Shown here: positions 10,445 through 20,635 of the stretch, piece after piece
How the letters are laid out: each line of letters begins with the position of its first letter
Position numbering within the stretch: position 1 is the first letter of the stretch
UHGV virus genome: UHGV-1372779
DNA length: 64,000 bases
Reading direction: 5' to 3' (one strand)
Origin: a virus
Notes under the pieces: model-generated
What the model was told of the DNA's origin: nothing
What the model saw: only the letters and a program-made list of their open reading frames with translations
The model's database searches: none
Position numbers and translations under genes: made by a program

Positions 10445-13400
10445 TTATGCATCTGTTACTATATATATTGTAGTGCTTGACCTGGATGATGGAAGCTGTG
10501 ATTCTGTTCCTACCCAGATGTCATAACCATTCCATTTAGTGGCCGTAGTAGAGGTAGCTGCATTACCAGTAATTGATACTCCTAAAGTAGTAGAACATTG
10601 AGTAATGGTTCCTGCATTCATATAAACTGGAACTGTTGAGGAGCCTACTGTGGCTGAACAAGCTGTTGCAGTACCTGCACTTAGATAAATAGGTTTAGCT
10701 GTACCTCCTACTGTAGAAGAGCCTAATTTAGATGCAGTAGTTGCTGTTGTAGCATTTCCACTTAAAGCTCCTACAAATGTTTCTGCAGTAATTTTTACTC
10801 CTGAATTGGAACCTTGACCATTACAAAATTTATACTCAGTAATAGGATTAGTAGTATTTCCACTAACTCCTGATCTATAATTAATATATATACTAGTAGT
10901 ATTAGTATTGGCAAAGTTAAATTCATTTGAATTAACTATAAGATTATTACCACTTGCTTGTACAGCATAATTTTTATTATTTACCCACGATTGAGTGGCA
11001 TATCCAGAAAGAGAAGAACTAGTTAAGAATCCACTATTGTTGGTTAAATCACTTGTTCTAGTAGGAATTTCATCAGTTGTGGCTAATTTTTTTCTAACCC
11101 AAGTAGATTTATCAGTGCTATTTGGTCCTGACATTATGTAAGCACTAGGAGTTGCAGCTTTTACTACTCCAATAGCTGTTGCATAGGGCACATCACTCCA
11201 TGAATATGCATTCATTAATATCCAATCACAATATCCTCCTCCACTTGATTCAGCATTAGTATACATCATGTTACATTGTAATTTGTATGTGCCTATAGAA
11301 CCTGGAGCTATAACACCTCCAGAACCAGTATATCTACCAACAATATATTCATGAGTATGTGCAGAAGGAGTAAATGAGGAAGGTTTTCCTGTAATATCAT
11401 TCCATGATACTGACACAGACGCTGATCCTTTAGTAACTGTTAGGGTATGCCCACTTGCTGATATTCCTGTTACTACACTGCCACTTCCAGAAGTAGTTAT
11501 AGAGATAGATGGTATAGTAGGTATTTGATCTACTGTTGCAAGTGTTTTATTACCAAAAGTAACTTTATCTGTATAGACCTTAAGATTATTTACAGCAGAA
11601 TAACTTAAGTTTGTGCCAACACCTATATAAGCATAACTTGGAGTGTCTCCATTTCCATATCCACCAAATGTAACTCCAGATGTACTAGCTGAATTAGTAT
11701 TTCCAATCCAATAACCTCTAGCCCAACCCCCTGTTCCAGCATTAGCAGCTAAATACACTCCACTAGTAAATAATGGAGAAGATGATCCAGATTTATAATA
11801 ACCTTGACTAGTAACCCAGTTTTGAGTTGCAGGATTTGGGAGATTATAAGCATCCCACATTACATAATCTGTTCCACTAGAGCCATCTGTACTTCTATAG
11901 TGTAATATATCAGAAGCATTAGATAAAAGGAAAGTTCTCATCTTACTAGTATAATTACCTATCATTACATAACCAGCACCATCTGACTTATTTACATTAA
12001 TGGCATTATGATATGACCCATTGTGGGAATATTGTAATATGGCTTGCCCATCACACTGGAGTGATGTGGTTGCCCTAATAAATCCATTTGCTATGATATA
12101 CCCAGTTCTAAAATTATACCATCCTGGGGTACTATCCCACCATTCTAAATATTTAGCAGCTCCTGCTGAAGCTTGTGCAGCTTTAGATAAACTTACATTT
12201 ACATAATTTTCTCCTCCAACTGCAGTTATAACATTATCATCTGTAGTAAGGAGTTTTACATTAGAGCTAGGTGTTCCAAAATAAGCACCATCAGTTCCTA
12301 CAAATAAATATTTATTGCTTTCATAGTTATATATATAGCTTCCAATGCTAGACAAGAATCCAATAGCTGCCTTATCAGTTCCGTTTAATTTAACCTTAAT
12401 AAAAGATTCGTTTCCACCAGAACTTGTATTATTTATTATTAGTGAATTAGATGCTGCATTGATAATTAATTGTCCAGTTAATGTTCCTCCTGTTAGTGGT
12501 AAATAGCCAGCAGCTTTAGAATTTACATAATCTTCAGTAGCTAATACTGTCCAATTATTCCATTCTACAGAAGAATAAGTTTTAGTACTTCTATATCTTA
12601 ATTTACCATTATTTTCAGCAGTGTTAGTTTGATCAATCCATAATTGAGTGTTCCAATGCCCTGATCTGCTATTAATTTGTAATACACTTCCATAAGCACT
12701 AGGTTTGTTTTCTGCATCTGTACTAACTCTCCAAACTTTTAAAGATCCTTCAACCTCTTTATAAACACCACCTTCATTAGTCCAATCATTATTTGAGAAT
12801 GCAAGCCATCCTCCATTTAATCTAAGACTACCAGTCATAGTATCTCCACTCTTAAGAACATATCTACTATCTCCAACACTAGAGATATTAGACCATGTGG
12901 GAACACCACCAGTAGAAGTTAGCACTTGACCACTAGTTCCAGCAGCAGTTGGAGCATATATAGATGTAGTAGCTGCATTAGTTGCTGATAAGAAAGTCCA
13001 TTGAGAGCCATTAACTCCTAGATTTCTGTTATAAACAGTTGTTGGAGTTGCAGCAGTGCCTGAAGCATATAATAATGGAGAAGTGAGGTTAAAAGCATCC
13101 CATATTCTATATGAGGTCCCATTTCTTATATGAGAAATATCTGCAGCATCACTATATAAGAATGTATGCCCATCAGAATCTCCAATATAAGTTACATTAT
13201 CACTTCCCTTTCCAATTAATCTTTTTGAATTGCCACTAGAATCTTTAGATTGTATAGTGATATTATTACTCATTATAATGCTGCCAGTCATAGTGCCCCC
13301 AGCCAATGGAAGATAATTACCAGCCACAGAAGTTATCTTATTACTAACCCAATTAGTATCAGCTAAAAATTTCCAAGTACCAGAAGCTCCAGTAGAAGGA

Positions 13401-15667
13401 GTATATCTTCTATACGCCATTCCAGTGCCATCAATATCTCCCACAAGTTGGAAGGCAAAATCACCTTGCCAGAAGTAAGTTAAAGCAACTCCATCATTTA
13501 TTACCTGACTACTTATAGGATCAGTCCCTGGCCTATTTTCAGGATCATTTGCAAATGAGGAAATATGTAACACATCGTTTCCAGTCCTTGCTATAGTAAG
13601 ATTGGAGATTCTAAAATCACTTGTAAATCCTGTGTATGACTTAATAGCTCCTTTAGAATATATTCCATTATTAGGAACTTTTGTCTCATCACTATAATTA
13701 TTAGAAACAAGTAATGATCCTACATTCATTCCAATAGCAGCTCCTGTTGTTTTAGCAGATATTCTAGTTGTAGAAGCATCTAAGAATACATCATTTGTTC
13801 CAAAATAATATTTATTAGAATGATTATTGGCTATATAAGCATTAGCAAATGCCCAACTACTAGTTCCTAAATATCCATTACCTCCAGAAGCTAGATTACC
13901 ACTAACATTAGGTAAAAATCCACTCGTACAGGCTCTTAAATACCCTGGAGAAGTTCCATCCTGATTTATTATTTCTGGATAACCATTAGCATCATATTTA
14001 TATACTGCAATTCTATTATTTTCTATTGCCCAATAACTTCCATAATATCCCATATTAGAAAGTTTATTCCCATCTTGATCTACCGAAGATATAAGATTAT
14101 AATTATCTTCATCAGTAGATTTAAGATAAAGTTTAACATCATTTGGGCCAGCAATAATGATATAATTCTTAAATTCAGTATTCTCTAAATCTGCATGATA
14201 TAATACTTCTGAACCATCAGAAGCTCTGTTAAAAGTGATAGCTGTTACTGGGACAGTAAACTGTGCAACTGTATCTTTTAGAGATAATTTAGTAACATCA
14301 CTTCTTTTAAATAGAAAATCAGATACAGAAGATATTGTACTAGGAAGTAAAATATTTTTGTGGAAATAGAAACCAGTTTTATCTGTATCTAAATTAAGAT
14401 TAGTGTTTCCTGCACTTATAAATATTCCTCCTAATGAGTTAGAATACCTTAGTGTTTGATTTAAAGCATCTCCTGAAAATGAGTGACTTGTTAATTGAAG
14501 ATAAGAATTATTATCTGTAAAAGCTAACTTCCTATCAGAGGGAATTATATTAGTAGTTTTCAATCTTTTAGTAGAAGAATCCCAAGATGTAAACATTCCA
14601 TTTAACATATCAGCATCATCATCTCTAAGAGCTAGACACCATAAATCTCCTTCCTCTCCAGCTTTAAATCTCCTATCTGATTCATCAAATAATATTTGGA
14701 ATTTAGGTAACGTACCTCTATCAATTTCAATTCCTGCAAATCCTTTAGATACCCCTGCTGCAGTTTCTCCTCTATTTAAAAGAATTGTATTATCTCTCAC
14801 CTCAACTGTCTCAGCTTGAGTTATAAAACTCTCTCCTTTTTGAGTTACATTTCCTTCTATAATTATATCCCCTAACGTAACAGGAGCATAGGAGTTATCT
14901 TGATTATTTCTTACTTCTAACTTACCTCCACTGTTTTTGATAATAACTCCCCCATTTGGATCTAATCTAGTATCTATATCACTTTTCTGTAATTGCCAAG
15001 TTTGAGAAGTAGTCCCTGTATTAGATAATCCATCAGCATTGTCCATCCAGTGTTTCTTTTCTGGAGAAACTAATCCATTATTATCATCTGTAACAAGAGG
15101 AATGTTTAAATTAGTAGTAACAGATTCATCAGTATCTGGATTATATTTAGTAACAGTTAAAAATAATGATTCTGTTTCTGCATCAGATATAATCTTAGCA
15201 TCTGTTTGATAACCAGTTACATTATTTAATCTATTAACATAGAACTTAGAAAGTAATCCATTATATAATGTTCCATCACCTAAAACTGTAGCTTCTGGAA
15301 TACTATAATCTCTTAAGGAGGTTATATTAGTATTAGGATCATAACTATGTTCTCTATATAATAAGTTATTATCTTTATCATAGATAATCTCTGTATCTAC
15401 TAGATAATTTTTTATATTCTCTAATTTATCTTTTTCTTCTTTTTCAAATTTGGATAATATTACCCATTTATTTTCATCTTTATGATACACATATTCACTA
15501 TCTGTTTCTTTCACATATACCTTCATTCTATCATAGGCTATGTGTTTAGTTACAAGAGAATCTCTCTCTTCTATTGTTTCAGGATTTAACCTAGGATCTA
15601 ATGGAACCTCCGATTGTATTTTTAAACTATTTATAACCGGAGTCCCATTAGCATAAAAAAGATTCAT
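10445..15667 (-). CDS. Giant tail fibre protein (1740 aa)
   Basis: Six-frame ORF with G/S/T/N-rich beta composition. Shares internal modules with the 2230-aa fibre (LGTSSWAFANAYIANN..YYFG..VGSLLVSNNYS; HYRSTDGSSGTDYVMWDAYNL). Confidence 0.7.
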   Translation of the reverse strand: MNLFYANGTPVINSLKIQSEVPLDPRLNPETIEERDSLVTKHIAYDRMKVYVKETDSEYVYHKDENKWVILSKFEKEEKDKLENIKNYLVDTEIIYDKDNNLLYREHSYDPNTNITSLRDYSIPEATVLGDGTLYNGLLSKFYVNRLNNVTGYQTDAKIISDAETESLFLTVTKYNPDTDESVTTNLNIPLVTDDNNGLVSPEKKHWMDNADGLSNTGTTSQTWQLQKSDIDTRLDPNGGVIIKNSGGKLEVRNNQDNSYAPVTLGDIIIEGNVTQKGESFITQAETVEVRDNTILLNRGETAAGVSKGFAGIEIDRGTLPKFQILFDESDRRFKAGEEGDLWCLALRDDDADMLNGMFTSWDSSTKRLKTTNIIPSDRKLAFTDNNSYLQLTSHSFSGDALNQTLRYSNSLGGIFISAGNTNLNLDTDKTGFYFHKNILLPSTISSVSDFLFKRSDVTKLSLKDTVAQFTVPVTAITFNRASDGSEVLYHADLENTEFKNYIIIAGPNDVKLYLKSTDEDNYNLISSVDQDGNKLSNMGYYGSYWAIENNRIAVYKYDANGYPEIINQDGTSPGYLRACTSGFLPNVSGNLASGGNGYLGTSSWAFANAYIANNHSNKYYFGTNDVFLDASTTRISAKTTGAAIGMNVGSLLVSNNYSDETKVPNNGIYSKGAIKSYTGFTSDFRISNLTIARTGNDVLHISSFANDPENRPGTDPISSQVINDGVALTYFWQGDFAFQLVGDIDGTGMAYRRYTPSTGASGTWKFLADTNWVSNKITSVAGNYLPLAGGTMTGSIIMSNNITIQSKDSSGNSKRLIGKGSDNVTYIGDSDGHTFLYSDAADISHIRNGTSYRIWDAFNLTSPLLYASGTAATPTTVYNRNLGVNGSQWTFLSATNAATTSIYAPTAAGTSGQVLTSTGGVPTWSNISSVGDSRYVLKSGDTMTGSLRLNGGWLAFSNNDWTNEGGVYKEVEGSLKVWRVSTDAENKPSAYGSVLQINSRSGHWNTQLWIDQTNTAENNGKLRYRSTKTYSSVEWNNWTVLATEDYVNSKAAGYLPLTGGTLTGQLIINAASNSLIINNTSSGGNESFIKVKLNGTDKAAIGFLSSIGSYIYNYESNKYLFVGTDGAYFGTPSSNVKLLTTDDNVITAVGGENYVNVSLSKAAQASAGAAKYLEWWDSTPGWYNFRTGYIIANGFIRATTSLQCDGQAILQYSHNGSYHNAINVNKSDGAGYVMIGNYTSKMRTFLLSNASDILHYRSTDGSSGTDYVMWDAYNLPNPATQNWVTSQGYYKSGSSSPLFTSGVYLAANAGTGGWARGYWIGNTNSASTSGVTFGGYGNGDTPSYAYIGVGTNLSYSAVNNLKVYTDKVTFGNKTLATVDQIPTIPSISITTSGSGSVVTGISASGHTLTVTKGSASVSVSWNDITGKPSSFTPSAHTHEYIVGRYTGSGGVIAPGSIGTYKLQCNMMYTNAESSGGGYCDWILMNAYSWSDVPYATAIGVVKAATPSAYIMSGPNSTDKSTWVRKKLATTDEIPTRTSDLTNNSGFLTSSSLSGYATQSWVNNKNYAVQASGNNLIVNSNEFNFANTNTTSIYINYRSGVSGNTTNPITEYKFCNGQGSNSGVKITAETFVGALSGNATTATTASKLGSSTVGGTAKPIYLSAGTATACSATVGSSTVPVYMNAGTITQCSTTLGVSITGNAATSTTATKWNGYDIWVGTESQLPSSRSSTTIYIVTDA

Positions 15668-17545
15668 TTACTTATTGTAATTAAAATTAATTGCAAAATT
15701 ATCAACAGTAGTTAAATTTGATGCATAGAATATATATGGAACTGATGTATTATCTGTGGTCAACGTAGCATAAATCTTTTTAAAGAATCCGTTGACATTT
15801 AACCCATTTTCATCCCTTATAATAGCTAAATCTCCATAATATTCTGGATAACCAAATACTAATCTCTGATAATCTGCAGTAAAATCTACTTGTTTATTGG
15901 ATTTTAACTCCACTATTTTCTCTAACCTATCGAAGTTTATATCTTCCTCATCTGCCATTACTCCATAGAAGTATGGGTAAATAAACTGGAACTTCTTTGT
16001 GAGTATTTCTACTTGTCCATTTTGCTTATCTGTAACTCTTACTCTAAAAAATATCTCACTTCTATTAGTTGTATCTAGTATTTTTGGAACATTAAAGTTA
16101 AACACTCCACCATCTTTTATATATAAATCATTAAATGTATAAAGAAGATTATAATTATCATCTAATATCTCTATCCTATCTATATCATAGGACTTTTTAG
16201 TTACTCCAATTTCCAGAATATTTAACTTAACCTCTGATTCTTTTTCAAATACCCCACCATTAGGATCAGTATAAGCAAAATTAATAATAGGTTTAAGATG
16301 AGGATATAAGATTTTATTAATTAAATCGTCATAAGGAGTATCTTCAAAAACTTCTCCTTTCTTAAATCCTCTAAAATCTTCTACTATTGGAGTTAAATTG
16401 GTAAATGTGCCTAGGCTTTCATATATTTCCTTATTAAATAATCCTGCTCTCCCGGTTTTAGGGTCATAAGATTCAATAAGAATATCAGTGCCATCATTAC
16501 CTTTTATATAATAATTATTCTGATCTCTAGTTACTTTAAATTTTTCATTAGTTAATAAAGCTCCATCATATCTAACCTCTGATATAGCCTGATTTACATA
16601 TGAAAAAGAAAACTTATCAATCATTCTCTTGTCAAATTTAGAGAATAATCCATTAGTATTCTTAGTAACTAAAGGAATAGTTATAGAATGTGTCTTAGTT
16701 TGTAGAGTATAAGGGTCTTTAGTTATGTAAAAATAAGTAAGACCATCTTCATTAGAGGTAAATTTAGAATCTATTTCAATAACTGATTCATAGAAACTTT
16801 CTAATAGTTCTTTATGTTCAGGAGTCATTAATCCATTTTGGGTTAATGTTACTTCTGGAAGTAAGAAAGTTTCTTCAGTAGTTTCATTATTCTTTACATT
16901 ATAATGAACTACCTTCATATATATGTTAGGAGATAGATTATCTTCAACTAAATCAGTGTCAGTTATATAGCCTCTAATTCTATCTAATTTAATCTTATCC
17001 TCAGAAGTCATTACTCCGGCCTTAGAATGTGTAGCAGGGGTTAATGTAATCCCATCTCCTTTAGAGTTTGAGATATTTATATAGGAATCAGTAAATTCTA
17101 TATCTAAATCTACATTAGAGACATTAGTTAGTTCTCCATTTTCTAATCTATATTTAGTCTTAGTTTTTAAATCATAGAACTCATATCCTTCTTCCAACTT
17201 AACACTAAAATATCTATTTAATTTATCACTCCATGAATAATAGTAATACTCAGAACCTTCTTTCCTTACTATATGAGTGTTTTCACTTATCTTTAATGGT
17301 AGTTCTTCAGATGTTATATATAGAACAGGATTCAAGTGGGATAAATCTTCTAAAGTTATCCCACTTTTAATTTTCACTTTCTTAACAACATCTGGGTTTT
17401 GTTTGACAAGTAATTCAAATGTATATTCATTATACTCAACATTTTTAATCCTAAAGTCTATATATTGAGGAACTGAACAATTTGGATTCTCCATACCATA
17501 TAGGTTATCACTGCAATTGCTGGAAAGTTGTGTTGTTAAGTCCAT
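15668..17545 (-). CDS. Tail fibre-associated / baseplate-like protein (625 aa)
   Basis: ORF immediately upstream of the fibre gene. Contains GVMTSEDKIKLDRI and GLMTPEHKELLESF motifs (the AG(L/V)MSxxDKxKLD fibre repeat). Confidence 0.55.
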   Translation of the reverse strand: MDLTTQLSSNCSDNLYGMENPNCSVPQYIDFRIKNVEYNEYTFELLVKQNPDVVKKVKIKSGITLEDLSHLNPVLYITSEELPLKISENTHIVRKEGSEYYYYSWSDKLNRYFSVKLEEGYEFYDLKTKTKYRLENGELTNVSNVDLDIEFTDSYINISNSKGDGITLTPATHSKAGVMTSEDKIKLDRIRGYITDTDLVEDNLSPNIYMKVVHYNVKNNETTEETFLLPEVTLTQNGLMTPEHKELLESFYESVIEIDSKFTSNEDGLTYFYITKDPYTLQTKTHSITIPLVTKNTNGLFSKFDKRMIDKFSFSYVNQAISEVRYDGALLTNEKFKVTRDQNNYYIKGNDGTDILIESYDPKTGRAGLFNKEIYESLGTFTNLTPIVEDFRGFKKGEVFEDTPYDDLINKILYPHLKPIINFAYTDPNGGVFEKESEVKLNILEIGVTKKSYDIDRIEILDDNYNLLYTFNDLYIKDGGVFNFNVPKILDTTNRSEIFFRVRVTDKQNGQVEILTKKFQFIYPYFYGVMADEEDINFDRLEKIVELKSNKQVDFTADYQRLVFGYPEYYGDLAIIRDENGLNVNGFFKKIYATLTTDNTSVPYIFYASNLTTVDNFAINFNYNK

Positions 17546-17735
17546 TATTTAAGAAATATTCTAGTATTGAGTTAAAATAAGAATCTTTTATACAGTCTGT
17601 ATCTAATAATTTCATGAATTGAAGTTCTTCAAATAGGAAGGAATAATCAATTGGGTATCTTCCATATTCAAAGTCTTCTAATATTTCATTAAATTCTTCT
17701 AATGCTTTTTCTAGTAATCTGTCCAATTTGCTCAT
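17508..17735 (-). CDS. Hypothetical protein (75 aa)
   Basis: Small ORF, contiguous with neighbouring genes. Confidence 0.3.
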   Translation of the reverse strand: MSKLDRLLEKALEEFNEILEDFEYGRYPIDYSFLFEELQFMKLLDTDCIKDSYFNSILEYFLNNGLNNTTFQQLQ

Positions 17736-17736
17736 A

Positions 17737-18189
17737 TTATTCTATAGTTATTGAACTAACATTAAAACGGTAATTCCAATATTGATCCTGAGAATTTCTT
17801 ATAGATGCTCTCCAATATTCTCCTACTGGTATATCCTTGTCTGTATAATAATCCCAATGTTCTGATGTGTCAGTTGTGAAGATATTGATTATATAATCCT
17901 CTCCAGAATTATTCTTAATATCTATTACTAGATCAGAGAATCTTGGAAGATTAAGATCATTTGGAGTTATTCTAAATACTACATTATTATTTTCATCTCT
18001 ATATTGAGATAGTGAAAATGTATATACTTGAAGACGATATTGATAGAAAGTATCCTCATAAGCTAAGTGAAATGTAGAATCTACTCTTCCAATAATATTA
18101 TCATCTTTATAAATTAATCCTAAGTATATTGGAACTGGCTTACCATCTTTGAATACATAAATACTCTCAGCCTTCATTATATTACTCAT
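17737..18189 (-). CDS. Hypothetical protein (150 aa)
   Basis: ORF tightly packed between fibre-related genes. Confidence 0.4.
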   Translation of the reverse strand: MSNIMKAESIYVFKDGKPVPIYLGLIYKDDNIIGRVDSTFHLAYEDTFYQYRLQVYTFSLSQYRDENNNVVFRITPNDLNLPRFSDLVIDIKNNSGEDYIINIFTTDTSEHWDYYTDKDIPVGEYWRASIRNSQDQYWNYRFNVSSITIE

Positions 18190-19829
18190 CTTCCAGGAGC
18201 ATTATAAGGTTTAATCCATATAGCACCATCTACTCTTAAATTAGGATCAGTAGGTTCTGTATCACTAACTGTCATAATAGGTTTAGCTAATGTAACATCC
18301 ACCCATTCTCCATTTGCATTAAGAATTTTATTAGCTTTAGTAGCTAATCCCAATGTTGAAGGAACTAGAGCTCTTTTAACTCCAACTGAAGTTAATACTT
18401 GAGGTGCATTTTTTATATAAGCTACATCTTCTGGATCTGTTATATCATAATCAGCTTGCTTTTGAACCATTACTGATAATGAGTCTAATTTAATTTTATC
18501 ATCTTTAGATAATAAACCATTTCTAGTTACAGTAGCAGTAGGTAAAGCAAAGTAATCTGAGATTAAATCTCCAGAATTAGCATTGTATTTCTGATAAGTA
18601 ATTCTTAAATCTTCAAGATTGTGCTCATATCCAACTAATGTTATCATTCCAGTTATTCCATCTAATTTTTCCATGTTTTCTCCTGAAATGACTCCATCTT
18701 TATAGTTCTTATCCTGATAAGAAGCTATAGGAAAAGGAATTTTATCAATACTAATAGATCCAGAATCTAAATCAACTGTAGTATTTTCTAATATTAGTGT
18801 GGATCCATCATGATTTAATGAGGAATTACTTGTTTTATTAGGTAAACTAGTTAGTCTAATTTTATCAGTAGATGAAAGTAGTCCGTTAGTAGTATCAGTA
18901 GCTAAAGGAATGATTATATTCTTAGGAGCTTCTGATTGAGATTCTAATACTCTCTCTGTGTAATTTAAGGATAATCCTCCTTGATTTTGAACTAATCCAT
19001 CTATAGTCTTTATTCCAGAAAATTTAGATATTGCATCTTTAGAATCTGCAGATAAAAGTCCTGCAGCTTGTGAAGTTGCTGACTGTATAGTAACTCCTTC
19101 TCCAGCTGAATTAGATATAACATTAGTAGTCCTACTTGTTTGAATACCTAAGTTTACCTTAACACTTGTAGTTCCTATTACAACCCATTTAGACCCAGTC
19201 CATAAGAGAACATCTTCTGATTTATAAGTTTTATCATCATATGGATTTACTATAGTTTTAGATGGATCTCCTAAATCAGCTATATTATACATCATTCCTT
19301 GAGATAAATTATCCGGATTTGGGAATCCGGTACTTAAATTTATCTCTCCCATGTACTTCATTTGAGATAAAGTAACCCAAGTTCCTTTAGAGGTTAAATA
19401 ATGCTCTTCATCTTGAGTTTTTGGACTTGGAACAGTTCCAGAAGTTGTTACCTCAGTAAATTCTTCAATGTAAAATCCATTTCTATCTAAATGTACATGT
19501 TCATTATTAGCTTTAAGAGTTAAGGTGATTTTAGTTCCAGATAATTCTCCTCCTCCACCTAATCCATCTGTTGTATCTATTACAAAAGTATTTTCTACTT
19601 TATTTTTATTTAAAGTATCTATATCTGACTTAAACCCCTCTAATTGAGGTATTTTAGCTTTTAAAATATTTCTAGGATTCTGATATATTACTAATGTATC
19701 TCCATTCTGAAGTTCAAACTTAGTAATTGTGTAATCAAACTGATCATAGCAATTAGTTCTTACATGTTCAGTAGAGTAGCAGCTTTCAGATCCTAACACT
19801 GTAGGGTTTCCACTTGTTTTCATTAGCAA
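18186..19829 (-). CDS. Tail fibre-like protein (547 aa)
   Basis: Repeated GLLSSTDKIRLTSL / GLLSKDDKIKLDSL / GENMEKLDGI fibre repeats. Confidence 0.55.
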   Translation of the reverse strand: MLMKTSGNPTVLGSESCYSTEHVRTNCYDQFDYTITKFELQNGDTLVIYQNPRNILKAKIPQLEGFKSDIDTLNKNKVENTFVIDTTDGLGGGGELSGTKITLTLKANNEHVHLDRNGFYIEEFTEVTTSGTVPSPKTQDEEHYLTSKGTWVTLSQMKYMGEINLSTGFPNPDNLSQGMMYNIADLGDPSKTIVNPYDDKTYKSEDVLLWTGSKWVVIGTTSVKVNLGIQTSRTTNVISNSAGEGVTIQSATSQAAGLLSADSKDAISKFSGIKTIDGLVQNQGGLSLNYTERVLESQSEAPKNIIIPLATDTTNGLLSSTDKIRLTSLPNKTSNSSLNHDGSTLILENTTVDLDSGSISIDKIPFPIASYQDKNYKDGVISGENMEKLDGITGMITLVGYEHNLEDLRITYQKYNANSGDLISDYFALPTATVTRNGLLSKDDKIKLDSLSVMVQKQADYDITDPEDVAYIKNAPQVLTSVGVKRALVPSTLGLATKANKILNANGEWVDVTLAKPIMTVSDTEPTDPNLRVDGAIWIKPYNAPGR

Positions 19830-20635
19830 TTACATCCTCCAGTTTTTATTTTATTATTAAATTTACTTAGAGTTTTAGTACAGAATGTATTACAAGTACT
19901 TATCCTTTCTAGCAATCTCTGTGCCTCAAAGAAATTACATTGAGAGATTAATCTTCTTATAAGCTCCAAAGCCATCCATACTATATCTCTATTTCTATAT
20001 ATATTATTTAAATCATTATCTTTATATAAACAGGCTTCAAATAAATTATTATATAATATAAATTTAATCATATCCTCATAACATTTTTCTAGTTTTCCTA
20101 TTAAGAACAATTGTTCTTCAATTCCTACTAGATTTATATTATTTAAATGTTCTTTTATATAATATATATCAATTTTATGGGCTGTATAAATTCCAGATAC
20201 TATATCTAATTGAAGATACTCCTGTGAATCTGTATCATATACTATATATGATCCATCAAATAGAACTTCTTCACTTCTAGCTGCACCTGCCACAGTTTCT
20301 GCAACAAAGTTTTTCATATAATTTAAAGTAGGAAGAACTAAATGGTCAACTGTAAACCATCCATCTACTGTAGATTTATATTCTAACTTATAAGCTTCAT
20401 ATCTAGCATCTGATCCAACCACATATTTAAATCCTGTAAGTTTATTATCTGATAATTTATTATAATTTACTAAATCTAAAAATATTACATCTGATGTTCT
20501 ATAATACTCTGAAGACACCCCAGACTGTTCTGGCATAAATTTTAAATACCCTATACCTGTTGTATCTTTTAAAGTAAACCCAGTAGTTCCATTTTCAGAA
20601 AAGGTTGCTTTTAAGTTTATATTTACGTTTCTCAT
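19823..20635 (-). CDS. Hypothetical structural protein (270 aa)
   Basis: ORF between the portal and fibre genes. Confidence 0.45.
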   Translation of the reverse strand: MRNVNINLKATFSENGTTGFTLKDTTGIGYLKFMPEQSGVSSEYYRTSDVIFLDLVNYNKLSDNKLTGFKYVVGSDARYEAYKLEYKSTVDGWFTVDHLVLPTLNYMKNFVAETVAGAARSEEVLFDGSYIVYDTDSQEYLQLDIVSGIYTAHKIDIYYIKEHLNNINLVGIEEQLFLIGKLEKCYEDMIKFILYNNLFEACLYKDNDLNNIYRNRDIVWMALELIRRLISQCNFFEAQRLLERISTCNTFCTKTLSKFNNKIKTGGCNC

